Below are positions 1-10,538 of a stretch of DNA of 64,000 nt, one piece after another. The notes beneath the pieces were generated by a model, which was given only the letters and a program-made list of their open reading frames with translations, had not been told where the DNA came from and did not search any database. A program made the position numbers and the translations under genes. Origin of the DNA: Leptolyngbyaceae cyanobacterium (GTDB taxonomy: Bacteria; Cyanobacteriota; Cyanobacteriia; Phormidesmidales; Phormidesmidaceae); contig CBDHHL010000056.1 of NCBI GenBank assembly GCA_965263355.1, forward strand, positions 800,001 to 864,000. Direction: 5' to 3'. The first letter of the stretch is position 1. Every line of letters starts with the position of its first letter.

Positions 1-1
1 G

Positions 2-688
2 ACAATGGCGACGATTGAAGAATACTGCCTAAGACCGATTCGTAACCAGCCTCTGATCGTTTATCGATTCGTTAACTACCTGCGACGTTCTCAGCGTGGA
101 GGTATGACTCAAGTTCCTGGGGCACAGCTGATTCAGCTGATTTCAGAAGAAATTGGCACTGATGATGCCGATAGCACCATCAGTCTCTTTGATGTGCAGG
201 CTGTTAGTACTTACGAACAACAACAAGAATTTGAGGAAATCCAACGGGCCCGACAGTCGGTTAAAGACAGTTTTACCGATTATTTGCAGGAAACCTTAGG
301 GGATCCGGCAACCCAGTGGTTGGGGCTACATCTACAGGGATATACCCAAGACAGTATTGCCAAACAGCTGAACATGTCGATTAACCAAGTGTATCGACTA
401 CGGGAAAAAATTAGTTATCACGCGATTCGTATTTTTACCCTGAAGGAACAGCCTGAGTTGGTTTTGGGATGGTTAAAGACCACACTGACTGACCACGATT
501 TGGGATTAACGTCTAGCCAATGGCAAATCTACTGGCAATCCTTAGAGCCTTTTCAACAGCAACTACTGACCGAACTTAAGCAAGGTAGCAATATTGATGC
601 GATCGCACAAAAGCTAGGGTGCAGACCTAAACAAGTCATGAGTGAATGGGCTAAGCTTTACCTAGATGCCCAAAAATTGCGGACCTAG
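2..688 (+). CDS. HetZ-related protein (C-terminal part, truncated by window edge), sigma-like HTH regulator
   Basis: IEEYCLRPIRNQPL..YRFVNYLRRSQRGGMT motif recalled from the cyanobacterial HetZ-related family; HTH-like TQDSIAKQLNMSINQVYRLREK. Confidence 0.7.
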   Translation, partial: TMATIEEYCLRPIRNQPLIVYRFVNYLRRSQRGGMTQVPGAQLIQLISEEIGTDDADSTISLFDVQAVSTYEQQQEFEEIQRARQSVKDSFTDYLQETLGDPATQWLGLHLQGYTQDSIAKQLNMSINQVYRLREKISYHAIRIFTLKEQPELVLGWLKTTLTDHDLGLTSSQWQIYWQSLEPFQQQLLTELKQGSNIDAIAQKLGCRPKQVMSEWAKLYLDAQKLRT

Positions 689-826
689 CCAATCTGGGGC
701 TCTTGAAGGTTGTCCTTGGGCATTGTCTTTGGGCGCCAAAACGGGGGTGGTTTTATGGAGAGGTTACGTCACGCACATTGCTGTGCCTGTGCCCCTATCT
801 TCGTTATTCCTTCCTAGGCAGCCATC

Positions 827-2035
827 ATGTCAACTTCCCCCGAAAATAATGCGTTGTCACCACCATCTCGCAGTCTAAAGCAGACTGAAACCATGGCCAA
901 TTTAGAGCAAATGTTCCTTTTGATCGAAGGAATTTTGCCCTTTGAAGCCTGTCTTTACTACCAGGTTTTACCCCTTTCAATCGAGGGAAGTAGTCTAAAT
1001 CTGGGCATGGTAAACCCAAACGACACTAATGCGGCTGATTATGTCAGACGTCAGGTATCTTACATCAACTGCTCCATCGTATCGCGACCCATATCCTCTG
1101 ACTGGCATCGGGAAATTCTGTCAAAATTTTTGAGTCACTCGGCCAAAAACCGCCAAGCGTCTCAAATTTCTCAACCTAAGGCAACCCCTACAGCAAGTTC
1201 ATTTGAAGAGCAGCCTACACTGGTAGTAGGCGCTCCTACTGAGATTATTGAGAATCCTCCCCGTGAGGTTATTGTAGAGTCCAGCAATGACGAAGATTCT
1301 TCACAGGCACCGCCGCCGAGTACAGCAACAAAATCTACCGACGATACTCCCCAGCCTCCACTGAGTATTGAATTGGCAGATCAAAATCAAATAGTTCCAG
1401 AAGCATCATCAACTGCTACAGAAAAATCACCATCAGAATCTGACGCTAATCTCAAGAAACGCTATAAACCTAGTCAAGTTACTCCCAAGGAACTAACTCA
1501 GATGCTGCTGAAACGCATCATCACTCAGGAAGGCATTGGACGGCTTTATTTAGAACGTCAAAGCACTACTTGCCGCATTCTGTGGAGTAAAGACGGCGTT
1601 GTACAGTCAGCTGTAGATGATATCTCCACCCAGCTCTTTCAGGGGGTTATCAATGAGCTAAAACGAATGATGAGTCTCTCATTGATTCCTGTTCGTAAAC
1701 CAAAACAAATTGAGATCGAACGAATACACAATCAAAAGCGAATTTTGCTGCGATTACGCGTCATGCCAGGTGAACACGGTGAAGAAGCAACCCTACAAGT
1801 GTTGAGGGGGGCAGCGCTAAGATTTTACCAACAGCAGCAAATAGATAATTTGGGTCGTGACGCCTTAGGCATAGCCCGAGATCTACAGCAACGCATCGAT
1901 GACCTGCGTGCCCAGGCGCAGCGCAATATGGATGTTCAGGATGATACTAAGCAAAAGACACTACCTACCATCATGAATATGCTAAGACATATGGAGCGAC
2001 AACTGCATGACATCATTGAAGATGCTGACCAGTAA
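827..2035 (+). CDS. GspE/PilB N-terminal-domain protein without an ATPase domain
   Basis: N-terminal LPFEACLYYQVLPL..LNLGMVNP resembles T2SSE_N; Pro/Ser/Thr-rich linker; second domain GRLYLER..RLRVMPGEHGEEATLQVLRG; no Walker A/B. Confidence 0.65.
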   Translation: MSTSPENNALSPPSRSLKQTETMANLEQMFLLIEGILPFEACLYYQVLPLSIEGSSLNLGMVNPNDTNAADYVRRQVSYINCSIVSRPISSDWHREILSKFLSHSAKNRQASQISQPKATPTASSFEEQPTLVVGAPTEIIENPPREVIVESSNDEDSSQAPPPSTATKSTDDTPQPPLSIELADQNQIVPEASSTATEKSPSESDANLKKRYKPSQVTPKELTQMLLKRIITQEGIGRLYLERQSTTCRILWSKDGVVQSAVDDISTQLFQGVINELKRMMSLSLIPVRKPKQIEIERIHNQKRILLRLRVMPGEHGEEATLQVLRGAALRFYQQQQIDNLGRDALGIARDLQQRIDDLRAQAQRNMDVQDDTKQKTLPTIMNMLRHMERQLHDIIEDADQ

Positions 2036-2080
2036 GGTAAGCATTACTTCACCATTCTTCATCGTTAGCGCTTCAACAAA

Positions 2081-2608
2081 TTAGTCAGAGTTAGAGGGTT
2101 GTTTGCGTAACCCCTGTAATAAGCGTCGAAAGTTTACAGAAAACTCAGCAAAACCCAGCAGACTGCCCTGCTCATCTTCTTGCCAGGATGCCGATAAAAC
2201 TCCGTAGCTTAATCCGACCGTGCCAAGACCAAAAAAGCCTAGGGACACAAGCAGTACGACTACATTAGGAAACTCGACAATGTGCCGAGTCAGAAGAATG
2301 TAAGCAACTACAAATGAAGACATACCTAAAGCTGTCGGTACTCCAGCAAACACAGCCATACGGCGAATCATACGACGGCTGACTATCTCAGGAATGCCGG
2401 TGTCAGCATCTTCATGGGTAGATTTACTGACGGATTTAGATTGGCTAGTAGATTTACTGACGGCCTTGACTCGCTTACGTGATGCCTTAGCCTCTGAACT
2501 CAATAACTCAGGTAGTGCTGCTGCGTTGGATGAATCTCCTTGATCACTTTGCCGTTTATTGGACTTAGGTTCAAAAGGAAGCGACTCACGCTGAGATGAG
2601 GAAGGCAT
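2081..2608 (-). CDS. pam68: PAM68 family photosystem II assembly factor
   Basis: IPEIVSRRMIRRM..GVPTALG, two TM helices, GLSYGVLSASW; lies next to rpsO as is typical in cyanobacteria. Confidence 0.9.
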   Translation of the reverse strand: MPSSSQRESLPFEPKSNKRQSDQGDSSNAAALPELLSSEAKASRKRVKAVSKSTSQSKSVSKSTHEDADTGIPEIVSRRMIRRMAVFAGVPTALGMSSFVVAYILLTRHIVEFPNVVVLLVSLGFFGLGTVGLSYGVLSASWQEDEQGSLLGFAEFSVNFRRLLQGLRKQPSNSD

Positions 2609-2672
2609 AAAAAATAATGCTAGACTGCGAGGACCAGGACAAAAATTAACTAATTAATATAGTAAACCTTGT

Positions 2673-2731
2673 CCATGTCCAAAACGGTCGTTTTTCCGGT
2701 AAAAAATCTACAGGTTTCAACTTGGACGTGG
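2673..2731 (-). repeat. Dispersed 59-60 bp hairpin repeat, copy 1
   Basis: CCATGTCCAA..ACAGGTTTCAACTTGGACGTGG; related copies at 46257 and 57001. Confidence 0.8.
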
Positions 2732-2732
2732 T

Positions 2733-3002
2733 TTAGCCACGAATACCTAGCTTACTAATTAAGTCTCGATATCGGCTAACATCCTGCTTGACCAAATAGG
2801 CCAACAAGCGCTTACGGCGACCAATCATCCGTAACAATCCGCGTCGAGATGAATGGTCCTTTTTATTTACCTGTAAATGCTTACTCAACCGATTAATTTT
2901 TTCAGTGAGCATCGCTACCTGCACATCTACAGAGCCAGTATCTGTTTCATGTACCTGATAGTCAGAAATAATTGATTGCTTTTGTTCTTGCAGGAGCGCC
3001 AT
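2733..3002 (-). CDS. rpsO: 30S ribosomal protein S15
   Basis: [32 protein letters not shown]; 89 aa. Confidence 0.99.
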   Translation of the reverse strand: MALLQEQKQSIISDYQVHETDTGSVDVQVAMLTEKINRLSKHLQVNKKDHSSRRGLLRMIGRRKRLLAYLVKQDVSRYRDLISKLGIRG

Positions 3003-3624
3003 AGAGCTTACCGATTACAGTCTGTGAAAACGAATAAGAGCTGAACGTACAGGACCTGTACGATTCAATGCAGGACTTTTCATTGTACAACAGGAAAGCT
3101 AGTCAGACTCAAAATTATAGAACTCGTTCTACTGTATGATCCTATATGCCATAGTCTATGGGACAGAGGGTTTATCATGCAGTCATAACTATTGACCGAC
3201 AAAGTAGCTGCATCACACTTCTCCCCTAATAAGCGACGTTACAGAACTAGGCGAGAAAAACTTAGCCTTATTTTCTGGGAAATCTATTAGAGCCTGTAAA
3301 AAGATATAGGTCTCACCATTGACCTGTTCTATCCCAATAGCGCATTGCTTTTACGACTATTTTGATAAGTTTCTTATTATATGCAGAGCCTAAGCTTTTT
3401 GACTGAAATTTTCAAAAAATCAAACTAATTTCTCAATATTTGGGGCAGGTTCTCAATTTTGCCGCTTCAAAAGACCAGATGATTACCGATAATAGATACT
3501 TCATTTCGATTTGAAGTGCTTAAAAAGCGGATTTGTTCTTCAAACCTATTTTGATTGAAACCTTTGCCTTTGCAGTGGGTGGCACTGTGTTGGCGATATC
3601 ACGTCACTATCTTTACTTCTTCAG

Positions 3625-5658
3625 TTGCGCTTGCTCATGTTGCATTCTCAGTTAGTTACCTCCTACTTAATAGCCATGTTGTTGGGGGGCATGGCGTTAA
3701 CGGCTCCAGAGGAGGCTAGAGCACTGGACGCCACCAGTTCTGAATCCGAGACTGCGTTCAGTACTGAAACTGATAAGTTAGGGGCTGGTCGACTGGCCTT
3801 GGATGCCATGGATCCGGCTAACAATATTGAGCCTCCTGGTTTGGATGTGCGGTCGGGAAATGAAGTGATCAGCCCGTTTCTAAATCGGGCAATGCAAGAA
3901 GAACTAAATAACTTGATGGGTCGATTTGAGGGCGCGTTGCTCCATGGCTATGCCAGTACTCAGCCTGCTGAGCTGGCCCTCTCCTCAATTAGTGCTGAAG
4001 GCAGTCTCAGTGCTAGTTTAGGAGGCAGTAGCGTGACTACGCCCCTGACCCATCCAGCCCTGGAAACGGCCCAAAAAACTCTGGATGACTGGGATGATTT
4101 GATTGCTCGACGGGACTATGGAATTGCCCGTCAACGTTGGTTGCAGGCTCGTCAAGAGTTATGGAATGCGTTTCCGGTTAATCAATCCTTGGCCCATGCC
4201 GAAGTGCGATCAATGTGGTTGGATCGTGGCACGATTGTCCGTGCTGGGTCTGAGGAAAATCTAGCAGAGATTTTTGATCGGCTTGCTGCTGCAGGTATTA
4301 ATACGGTTTTCTTCGAGGCAATTAATGCAGGCTATCCGATTTATCCTAGCCGGATTGCACCACAGCAAAATCCTCTGACGCGCCATTGGGACCCGTTGGC
4401 TGCAGCCATCAGGTTAGGCAAAGCGAGAGGTATTGAAGTTCATGCCTGGGTTTGGTTATTTGCTGCTGGAAACCGCCGTCACAATGCGATTTTGAACCTT
4501 CCTACTAATTATCCTGGACCGCTCATTAATGCTAATCCAGGCTGGGCTGCCTATGATCGTCAGGGCCGAATTGTTCCAGTGGGCCAAGACAAGCCATTTT
4601 TGGATCCAGCTAATCCAGAGGTACGTAGTTATCTTATGCGTATGCTTCAGGAACTGGTCAATAACTACGATGTGGATGGTGTCCACTTTGATTACGTACG
4701 CTATCCGTTTCAAGATCCTGGTGCAAACCGGACCTATGGATATGGCACAGCTGCCCGACTGCGTTTTCGAGATATTACCGGGGTGGATCCAGCGATTCTT
4801 TCACCCCGTAATAATTCCTCGCTTTCACCCAATGCACAGCGACGGCAGCGGGACTTATGGCATCGTTGGACCGAGTTTCGGGTAGAGCAGGTGAGTTCAT
4901 TTGTGGCTGAGGCATCTCAGATGTTGCGGCAACGACGGCCTAATATGACGATTTCAGCAGCGGTGTTCGCCAAGCCTACCCATGAACGGATCCAAAAAAT
5001 TCAGCAAGATTGGGAAACATGGGCCGAGCGTGGCGATGTAGATTGGATTGTATTGATGAGCTATGCTATGGATACCAATCGATTTGAGGAGCTGATTCAT
5101 CCTTGGGTGCTGGATGGTAACTATGGGGCTACGCTGATTATTCCGGGGATTCGGTTGCTAAATTTGCCTGAAATGGCAGCGTTTGATCAGATTCAAACCC
5201 TAAGGGATTTGCCGGTCAGTGGCTATGCCCTGTTTGCTGTTGATAACCTGCAACAGGGTATTCAAACGCTGCTGAATAATACTCAGGGAGCTACCAATAC
5301 TGCATATTCTTTACCCCAACAGCAACCATTTAACACGGCTGCCGAGCGTTATCAGTCCCTACAGCGAGAGTGGGGATGGCTTTTGACTAATGGTCAGTTA
5401 GTCATGCGTGAACAAAGATTGGCGCAGTGGGTGGATGATGTGAATGGGTTGGGTAATCAGCTGGCAGATCTAGCTGAGGCTCCTTCCCATCGGAAACTGG
5501 AGGAGGTGCGATCGCAACTTGATGAGCTTAACCAAGTCCTTGATTCTGAGCTAACAGTTAAGTCTCAACAGAACCAATATCGACTGCAGACCTGGCAACA
5601 CCGCCTTGTCACCATCGAACACCTTTTAGCCTATGGTGAAGAAAGGTTTATTCCTTAA
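3625..5658 (+). CDS. Glycoside hydrolase family 10-like (GHL10/YddW) protein with probable signal peptide; start uncertain
   Basis: EVRSMWLDRG, GINTVFFE, FLDPANPEVRSYL, YDVDGVHFDYVRYP. Confidence 0.85.
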   Translation: MRLLMLHSQLVTSYLIAMLLGGMALTAPEEARALDATSSESETAFSTETDKLGAGRLALDAMDPANNIEPPGLDVRSGNEVISPFLNRAMQEELNNLMGRFEGALLHGYASTQPAELALSSISAEGSLSASLGGSSVTTPLTHPALETAQKTLDDWDDLIARRDYGIARQRWLQARQELWNAFPVNQSLAHAEVRSMWLDRGTIVRAGSEENLAEIFDRLAAAGINTVFFEAINAGYPIYPSRIAPQQNPLTRHWDPLAAAIRLGKARGIEVHAWVWLFAAGNRRHNAILNLPTNYPGPLINANPGWAAYDRQGRIVPVGQDKPFLDPANPEVRSYLMRMLQELVNNYDVDGVHFDYVRYPFQDPGANRTYGYGTAARLRFRDITGVDPAILSPRNNSSLSPNAQRRQRDLWHRWTEFRVEQVSSFVAEASQMLRQRRPNMTISAAVFAKPTHERIQKIQQDWETWAERGDVDWIVLMSYAMDTNRFEELIHPWVLDGNYGATLIIPGIRLLNLPEMAAFDQIQTLRDLPVSGYALFAVDNLQQGIQTLLNNTQGATNTAYSLPQQQPFNTAAERYQSLQREWGWLLTNGQLVMREQRLAQWVDDVNGLGNQLADLAEAPSHRKLEEVRSQLDELNQVLDSELTVKSQQNQYRLQTWQHRLVTIEHLLAYGEERFIP

Positions 5659-5781
5659 AAGATTAGTTAACTCCCCTACATCAAATAAGCTTAGTTCATG
5701 CCAAACTTATTTGATACAACCATCGGTCACGCTGGGTAATCTTAGACAATAAGATTTTCTAAGATTTAGGTGTTGACACCT

Positions 5782-6615
5782 ATGACTGAGCCTGTACCAG
5801 AACTGATTATCGAAGCCGGTCGTACCGAAGCGCAGTATTGGCAGGATCTTTGGCGATATCGAGAACTGTTTTATTTTTTGGCCTGGCGCGATATCCTGGT
5901 GCGCTACAAACAAACAACAATTGGTATTGCTTGGGCGCTATTACGACCATTTCTGACCATGATTGTATTCACAGTGGTATTTGGGAGATTAGCAAACTTA
6001 CCATCCGAGGGTGGTGCCCCCTATCCAATTTTAGTTTTTGCCGCCATGTTACCCTGGCAGTTTTTTGCCAATGCCCTATCAGAGTGCAGCAATAGTTTAA
6101 TTACCAACGCGAATCTTCTGTCCAAAGTCTACTTCCCTCGGCTAATAGTACCTACAAGTGCCGTTATCGTTAGCTTTGTAGACTTCTTAATTTCGGGAAT
6201 CATTCTGCTTGGGCTCATGGCCTGGTTTAATACAGTGCCTACCTGGCGGATGTTGACCTTGCCTTTTTTTATTGCTATTGCATTTGCAGCAGCCATGGGA
6301 GCCGGTCTGTGGCTAGCCGCATTAAATGTACAATATCGAGACTTTCGTTATATTGTTCCATTTATTGTCCAGTTTGGGCTTTATATCTCACCAGTTGGGT
6401 TTAGCAGTACGATCATTCCAGAAAATTGGCGAATAATCTATGCTCTAAATCCTATGGTTGGGGTGATTGATGGCTTTCGCTGGGCAATTATTGACGGTGA
6501 CGTCCAATTATTTTGGCCAGGGTTTATATGCTCCTTACTAATAGTAGGTGGACTACTCACATCAGGAATCTTGTATTTCCGTCGTATGGAAAGGACTTTT
6601 GCTGATGTCATTTAG
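5782..6615 (+). CDS. wzm: Polysaccharide ABC exporter permease
   Basis: LWRYRELFYFLAWRDILVRYKQT, LLSKVYFPRLIVP, YALNPM; six hydrophobic segments; ATG at 5782. Confidence 0.93.
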   Translation: MTEPVPELIIEAGRTEAQYWQDLWRYRELFYFLAWRDILVRYKQTTIGIAWALLRPFLTMIVFTVVFGRLANLPSEGGAPYPILVFAAMLPWQFFANALSECSNSLITNANLLSKVYFPRLIVPTSAVIVSFVDFLISGIILLGLMAWFNTVPTWRMLTLPFFIAIAFAAAMGAGLWLAALNVQYRDFRYIVPFIVQFGLYISPVGFSSTIIPENWRIIYALNPMVGVIDGFRWAIIDGDVQLFWPGFICSLLIVGGLLTSGILYFRRMERTFADVI

Positions 6616-6617
6616 CT

Positions 6618-6890
6618 GCAGCTTTTAACCATTCATCAACGGGTTTCCGCCTAACAAAGGGTGCAGTGCGGTCTCCAGATATAGTTTGAGTTTCCTCAAA
6701 GAAAATGAAGCAGTGCGGCATAACTTAAACTGCTCAACTTTTTCCAGACCTTGTGATTGAACTTACCTCAGCAGCGATAGGTTGAGGTGTTGCAGCAAGG
6801 CAAAAAGGGTGCAGTTAGATCTATGCCAAAGCAACTGTTGCTGGATCAACTAATATCAGGCTTTATCTAGAACGTGACATCACTAATTTT
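6618..6890 (+). pseudogene. Degenerate Uma2 (DUF820) endonuclease fragment
   Basis: From 6633 reads SSTGFRLTKGAVRSPDIV*VSSKKMKQCGIT*TAQLFPDLVIELTS, then after a frameshift VEVLQQGKK..LISGFI*; fits Uma2 motifs SSTGF.L..GA.RSPD..W and PD.VIEL.S. Confidence 0.75.
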
Positions 6891-6987
6891 GAGCCCTGCA
6901 GCGATTTGTCAAAATATGAAAATTTGATGAACCTGATGGGCATTCTTATTTCTTGATGGTCGTTTTCACTCACATGTCTCTACTGTC

Positions 6988-8274
6988 ATGGTCAACACGG
7001 TGATCCAAGTCGAAAACTTGGGCAAAAAATATGTCATTCGACATCAGCAAAAAGGTGCTTACCGTTACAAGGCACTGCGTGATGTTATGGCGGATGGACT
7101 AAAGTCCCTTAGTCAAAAGGTAAGACACCCTGGTAAGTCGTTTAAGCCAGCCAACCAAGAAGATTTCTGGGCACTGAAAAATGTTTCATTTGAGGTTAAG
7201 CAGGGAGAAGTTGTTGGAATTATCGGACGCAATGGAGCTGGGAAGTCTACTTTGCTTAAGATTCTAAGCAGGATCACAGAGCCCACAACGGGTAGAATTC
7301 GTTTGAAAGGCAGGGTTGCCAGCTTATTAGAAGTGGGTACAGGCTTTCATCCAGAATTAACTGGTCGAGAAAACATTTTTCTCAATGGTGCCATTCTGGG
7401 CATGAGCCGGAACGAGATTAATCGTAAATTTGATGAAATTGTTGAATTTGCTGAAACCACTCAATTCTTAGATACCCCAGTCAAACGCTATTCGTCAGGC
7501 ATGTACGTGCGTTTAGCCTTTTCAATTGCAGCACATCTAGAGCCAGAGATTCTTGTCATTGATGAAGTCTTAGCTGTAGGAGATGCTGCATTTCAAAAAA
7601 AATGTCTAGGCAAAATGGAAAGTGTTGCTGGACAAGGGCGCACCATTTTATTTGTCAGTCATAATATGCAAACAATCAGAAATCTCTGTACACGCGGAAT
7701 TCTGATTGAAAAAGGAATGGTGAACTCTGATACCTCAATAGAAGAGTCATTAACTAACTATAATCAAAGCCTTCGAAACCTACGATTCAATGTTTCAACG
7801 GGGGTCAAAGATTCTAGCTCTAGAAGAGGTGAGGGACAAGTAAGATTTACAGAGATTACCCTTTTAGATGATCATGATAATGAAGCTTTTTATTTTTCCA
7901 TGGGAGACAGAATCCGATTCAGACTGTCTTACCAAGTTTTCTCTAATGTCAAAGAATTAGGTCTTCTGATTCGTTTGCGATCAGGAGTAACGGGTGAACC
8001 TATCACTTCAGATTTCCATACTTTATCAACAAGTGAATTAGATTACCAATTTCAAAAAACTATTGTGATTGAATGGGCAACAAGCAATGTTCTGCCTGGT
8101 GAATATCCTCTATATTTCTGGCTTGGAGACTTTCAAACACACCCTTATGATGTTGTGGATGACCTGACACACCCACTAGTGATAACTGCAAATATAGCAG
8201 CTTCATCTAAAGACTTGCATCCGTCCAGTTCGATGGGCGTTTTCGCAGTGGAATCAAATTTGTTATCCAATTGA
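6988..8274 (+). CDS. wzt: Polysaccharide ABC exporter ATPase with C-terminal Wzt_C domain
   Basis: Walker A GRNGAGKSTL, YSSGMYVRLAF, IDEVLAVGDAAFQKKC; C-terminal extension with LPGEY. Confidence 0.93.
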   Translation: MVNTVIQVENLGKKYVIRHQQKGAYRYKALRDVMADGLKSLSQKVRHPGKSFKPANQEDFWALKNVSFEVKQGEVVGIIGRNGAGKSTLLKILSRITEPTTGRIRLKGRVASLLEVGTGFHPELTGRENIFLNGAILGMSRNEINRKFDEIVEFAETTQFLDTPVKRYSSGMYVRLAFSIAAHLEPEILVIDEVLAVGDAAFQKKCLGKMESVAGQGRTILFVSHNMQTIRNLCTRGILIEKGMVNSDTSIEESLTNYNQSLRNLRFNVSTGVKDSSSRRGEGQVRFTEITLLDDHDNEAFYFSMGDRIRFRLSYQVFSNVKELGLLIRLRSGVTGEPITSDFHTLSTSELDYQFQKTIVIEWATSNVLPGEYPLYFWLGDFQTHPYDVVDDLTHPLVITANIAASSKDLHPSSSMGVFAVESNLLSN

Positions 8275-8327
8275 TCGCTGTGCCTCATCTTCAGATTATT
8301 GGATAATGTTTATCGTGGGACGCGCTT

Positions 8328-9344
8328 ATGATTATTAGCCAAGATATATCTATTTTAGTAACTGGAGGCACTGGCTCTTTTGGCAAAGAATTTGTGAGAA
8401 GAATTTTAGATAAGTTCCCAAAGATTAGACGACTGGTTATTTATTCGAGAGATGAACTAAAACAGTTTGAGATGGCACAACAATTCTCTACCAGCGACCA
8501 TCCAGGCTTACGTTATTTTATTGGTGATGTCCGCGATCATCAACGACTGACTCGGGCATTTGAACAAATTGATGTTGTCGTACATGCTGCTGCTTTAAAA
8601 CAAGTTCCGGCAGCTGAATATAATCCTATGGAATTTGTCAAAACCAATGTCCTAGGAGCAGAAAATATTATTCAGGCGGCTCTGGATACCCAAGTCAAAA
8701 AGGTAGTAGCTTTGTCGACTGATAAAGCAGCAGCTCCAATTAATCTTTATGGTGCGACGAAACTTTGCTCAGACAAGCTTTTTATTGCAGCAAATAATAT
8801 TAAAGGACGCCGAGAACTGAGTTTCAGCGTTGTACGATATGGCAATGTCATGGGTTCAAGAGGATCAGTCATTCCCTTCTTCATAAAAAAACGCAAGGAT
8901 GGCGTTATCCCCATTACTAATCCACAAATGACTCGCTTCAACATATCTCTACAAGAAGGGATCGATATGGTTCTTTGGGCAATCGAGAAATCTTTGGGAG
9001 GAGAAATTTTAGTTCCCAGGATTCCCTCTTATCGAATTATTGATGTAGCCAAAGCTATTGCGCCTAATTGTAAGCATAAAATTGTAGGTATTCGTCCCGG
9101 AGAAAAAATCCATGAAGAGATGATTACCAGCTCAGATTCATATACAACTGTTGATCTTGGGTCCTATTACGCAATTTTACCCACTCAAGCAAGTTACAGT
9201 GTTGAGAGATATTGTGAAGTTATGGATGCAATACCTGTGGAACAAGGATTCAGCTACAATTCCGGTCAAAATGATCGATTTCTTACAGTTGAAGAGCTAC
9301 GGGCACTTACCAAAATTCACATCGATCCAGACTTCACTATCTAG
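8328..9344 (+). CDS. pseB: UDP-GlcNAc 4,6-dehydratase (inverting)
   Basis: TGGTGSFG, SRDELKQ, HAAALKQVPAAEYNP, STDKA, RYGNVMGSRGSVIP. Confidence 0.95.
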   Translation: MIISQDISILVTGGTGSFGKEFVRRILDKFPKIRRLVIYSRDELKQFEMAQQFSTSDHPGLRYFIGDVRDHQRLTRAFEQIDVVVHAAALKQVPAAEYNPMEFVKTNVLGAENIIQAALDTQVKKVVALSTDKAAAPINLYGATKLCSDKLFIAANNIKGRRELSFSVVRYGNVMGSRGSVIPFFIKKRKDGVIPITNPQMTRFNISLQEGIDMVLWAIEKSLGGEILVPRIPSYRIIDVAKAIAPNCKHKIVGIRPGEKIHEEMITSSDSYTTVDLGSYYAILPTQASYSVERYCEVMDAIPVEQGFSYNSGQNDRFLTVEELRALTKIHIDPDFTI

Positions 9345-9348
9345 AGCT

Positions 9349-10518
9349 ATGGGTGACTACATTCCTTATGGAAAGCAAGATATTACGCAACAAGATATTG
9401 ATTCTGTTGTCGCCGTCCTTAAATCAGACTGGCTGACCCAAGGACCTTTAATAGCTCAATTCGAACAGGCTATTGCAAATTACTGTGGGGCAAAATATGC
9501 TGTAGCTGTATCTAGCGCAACAGCAGCTTTACATATTGCTTGCATCGCTGCCGGATTATCCTCCGGAGACAGTTTATGGACTTCTCCAAATACGTTTGTC
9601 GCATCAGCTAATTGTGGCCTTTATTGCGGGGCAACTGTCGATTTTATTGATATCAATCCAAGAACTTATAATTTAAGCTTGGACAACCTCAAGACAAAAC
9701 TAGAACAATCAGCAAAACATGGGTATCAATTACCAAAAATATTAATACCAGTACATTTTGCGGGGCAATCCTGTGAAATGGAAGAAATTAGAGAGCTATC
9801 TCACTGCTATGGATTCCAGGTAATTGAAGATGCCTCTCACGCGATTGGTGGACAATATAAAGAAAAAGCTATTGGTAGCTGTTTCTTTTCAGATATGACA
9901 GTGTTTAGCTTTCATCCCGTAAAGATTATTACTACTGGCGAAGGTGGAATAGTAGTGACAAACCGTTCGGATTTATATGAGAAGTTAGTACGACTACGAA
10001 CTCATGGTGTGACGAAAGATTCAAACTTATTTCAGACTGAATCCCATGGACCTTGGTATTATCAACAACTTGAGTTGGGCTACAATTATCGTATCACTGA
10101 TATTCAATCCGCATTGGGGCTTAGTCAACTTAAACGGCTTGATGAGTTTTTAAAGCGCCGAAGGTGGTTAACTGCTCGATACAATAACTTTTTGAGAGAA
10201 CTGCCATTGACTTTACCCTGGCAGCATACAGATACAAACTCTAGTTGGCACCTATATGTAGTAAGACTGCAATTAAAGAAAATCAATAAAACTCACCGAC
10301 AAATATTTGAAGCACTTCGACAGCAAAATATTGGCGTGAATTTACATTATATTCCAGTACATATCCAGCCTTACTATCAGAACTTAGGATTTAACTGGGG
10401 AGATTTTCCCAATGCAGAACAGTACTATCGAGAGGCTATTAGTTTACCGCTGTACTATGGGTTAACTGAAAATGCCCAGGACAGAGTTATCCAAACCCTA
10501 TCTCAGATTTTGAAATAA
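9349..10518 (+). CDS. pseC: PLP-dependent sugar aminotransferase of the Pse pathway
   Basis: ATG at 9349; IPYGKQDI, LTQGP, IEDASHAIG, FSFHPVKIITTGEGG. Confidence 0.93.
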   Translation: MGDYIPYGKQDITQQDIDSVVAVLKSDWLTQGPLIAQFEQAIANYCGAKYAVAVSSATAALHIACIAAGLSSGDSLWTSPNTFVASANCGLYCGATVDFIDINPRTYNLSLDNLKTKLEQSAKHGYQLPKILIPVHFAGQSCEMEEIRELSHCYGFQVIEDASHAIGGQYKEKAIGSCFFSDMTVFSFHPVKIITTGEGGIVVTNRSDLYEKLVRLRTHGVTKDSNLFQTESHGPWYYQQLELGYNYRITDIQSALGLSQLKRLDEFLKRRRWLTARYNNFLRELPLTLPWQHTDTNSSWHLYVVRLQLKKINKTHRQIFEALRQQNIGVNLHYIPVHIQPYYQNLGFNWGDFPNAEQYYREAISLPLYYGLTENAQDRVIQTLSQILK

Positions 10519-10538
10519 TTGCATACATGCTCCTGTTT

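Noticed and set aside
6649..6820. GCCTAAC..GTTAGAT resembling an integron attC; GCCTAAC also at 46178
   Set aside because: No paired inner boxes and no integrase; better explained by the Uma2 remnant and a terminator
9151..9348. ORF-track N-terminal extensions of pseC, the methylase, argH and the guanylyltransferase
   Set aside because: They overlap upstream genes or lack family features; downstream ATGs fit better
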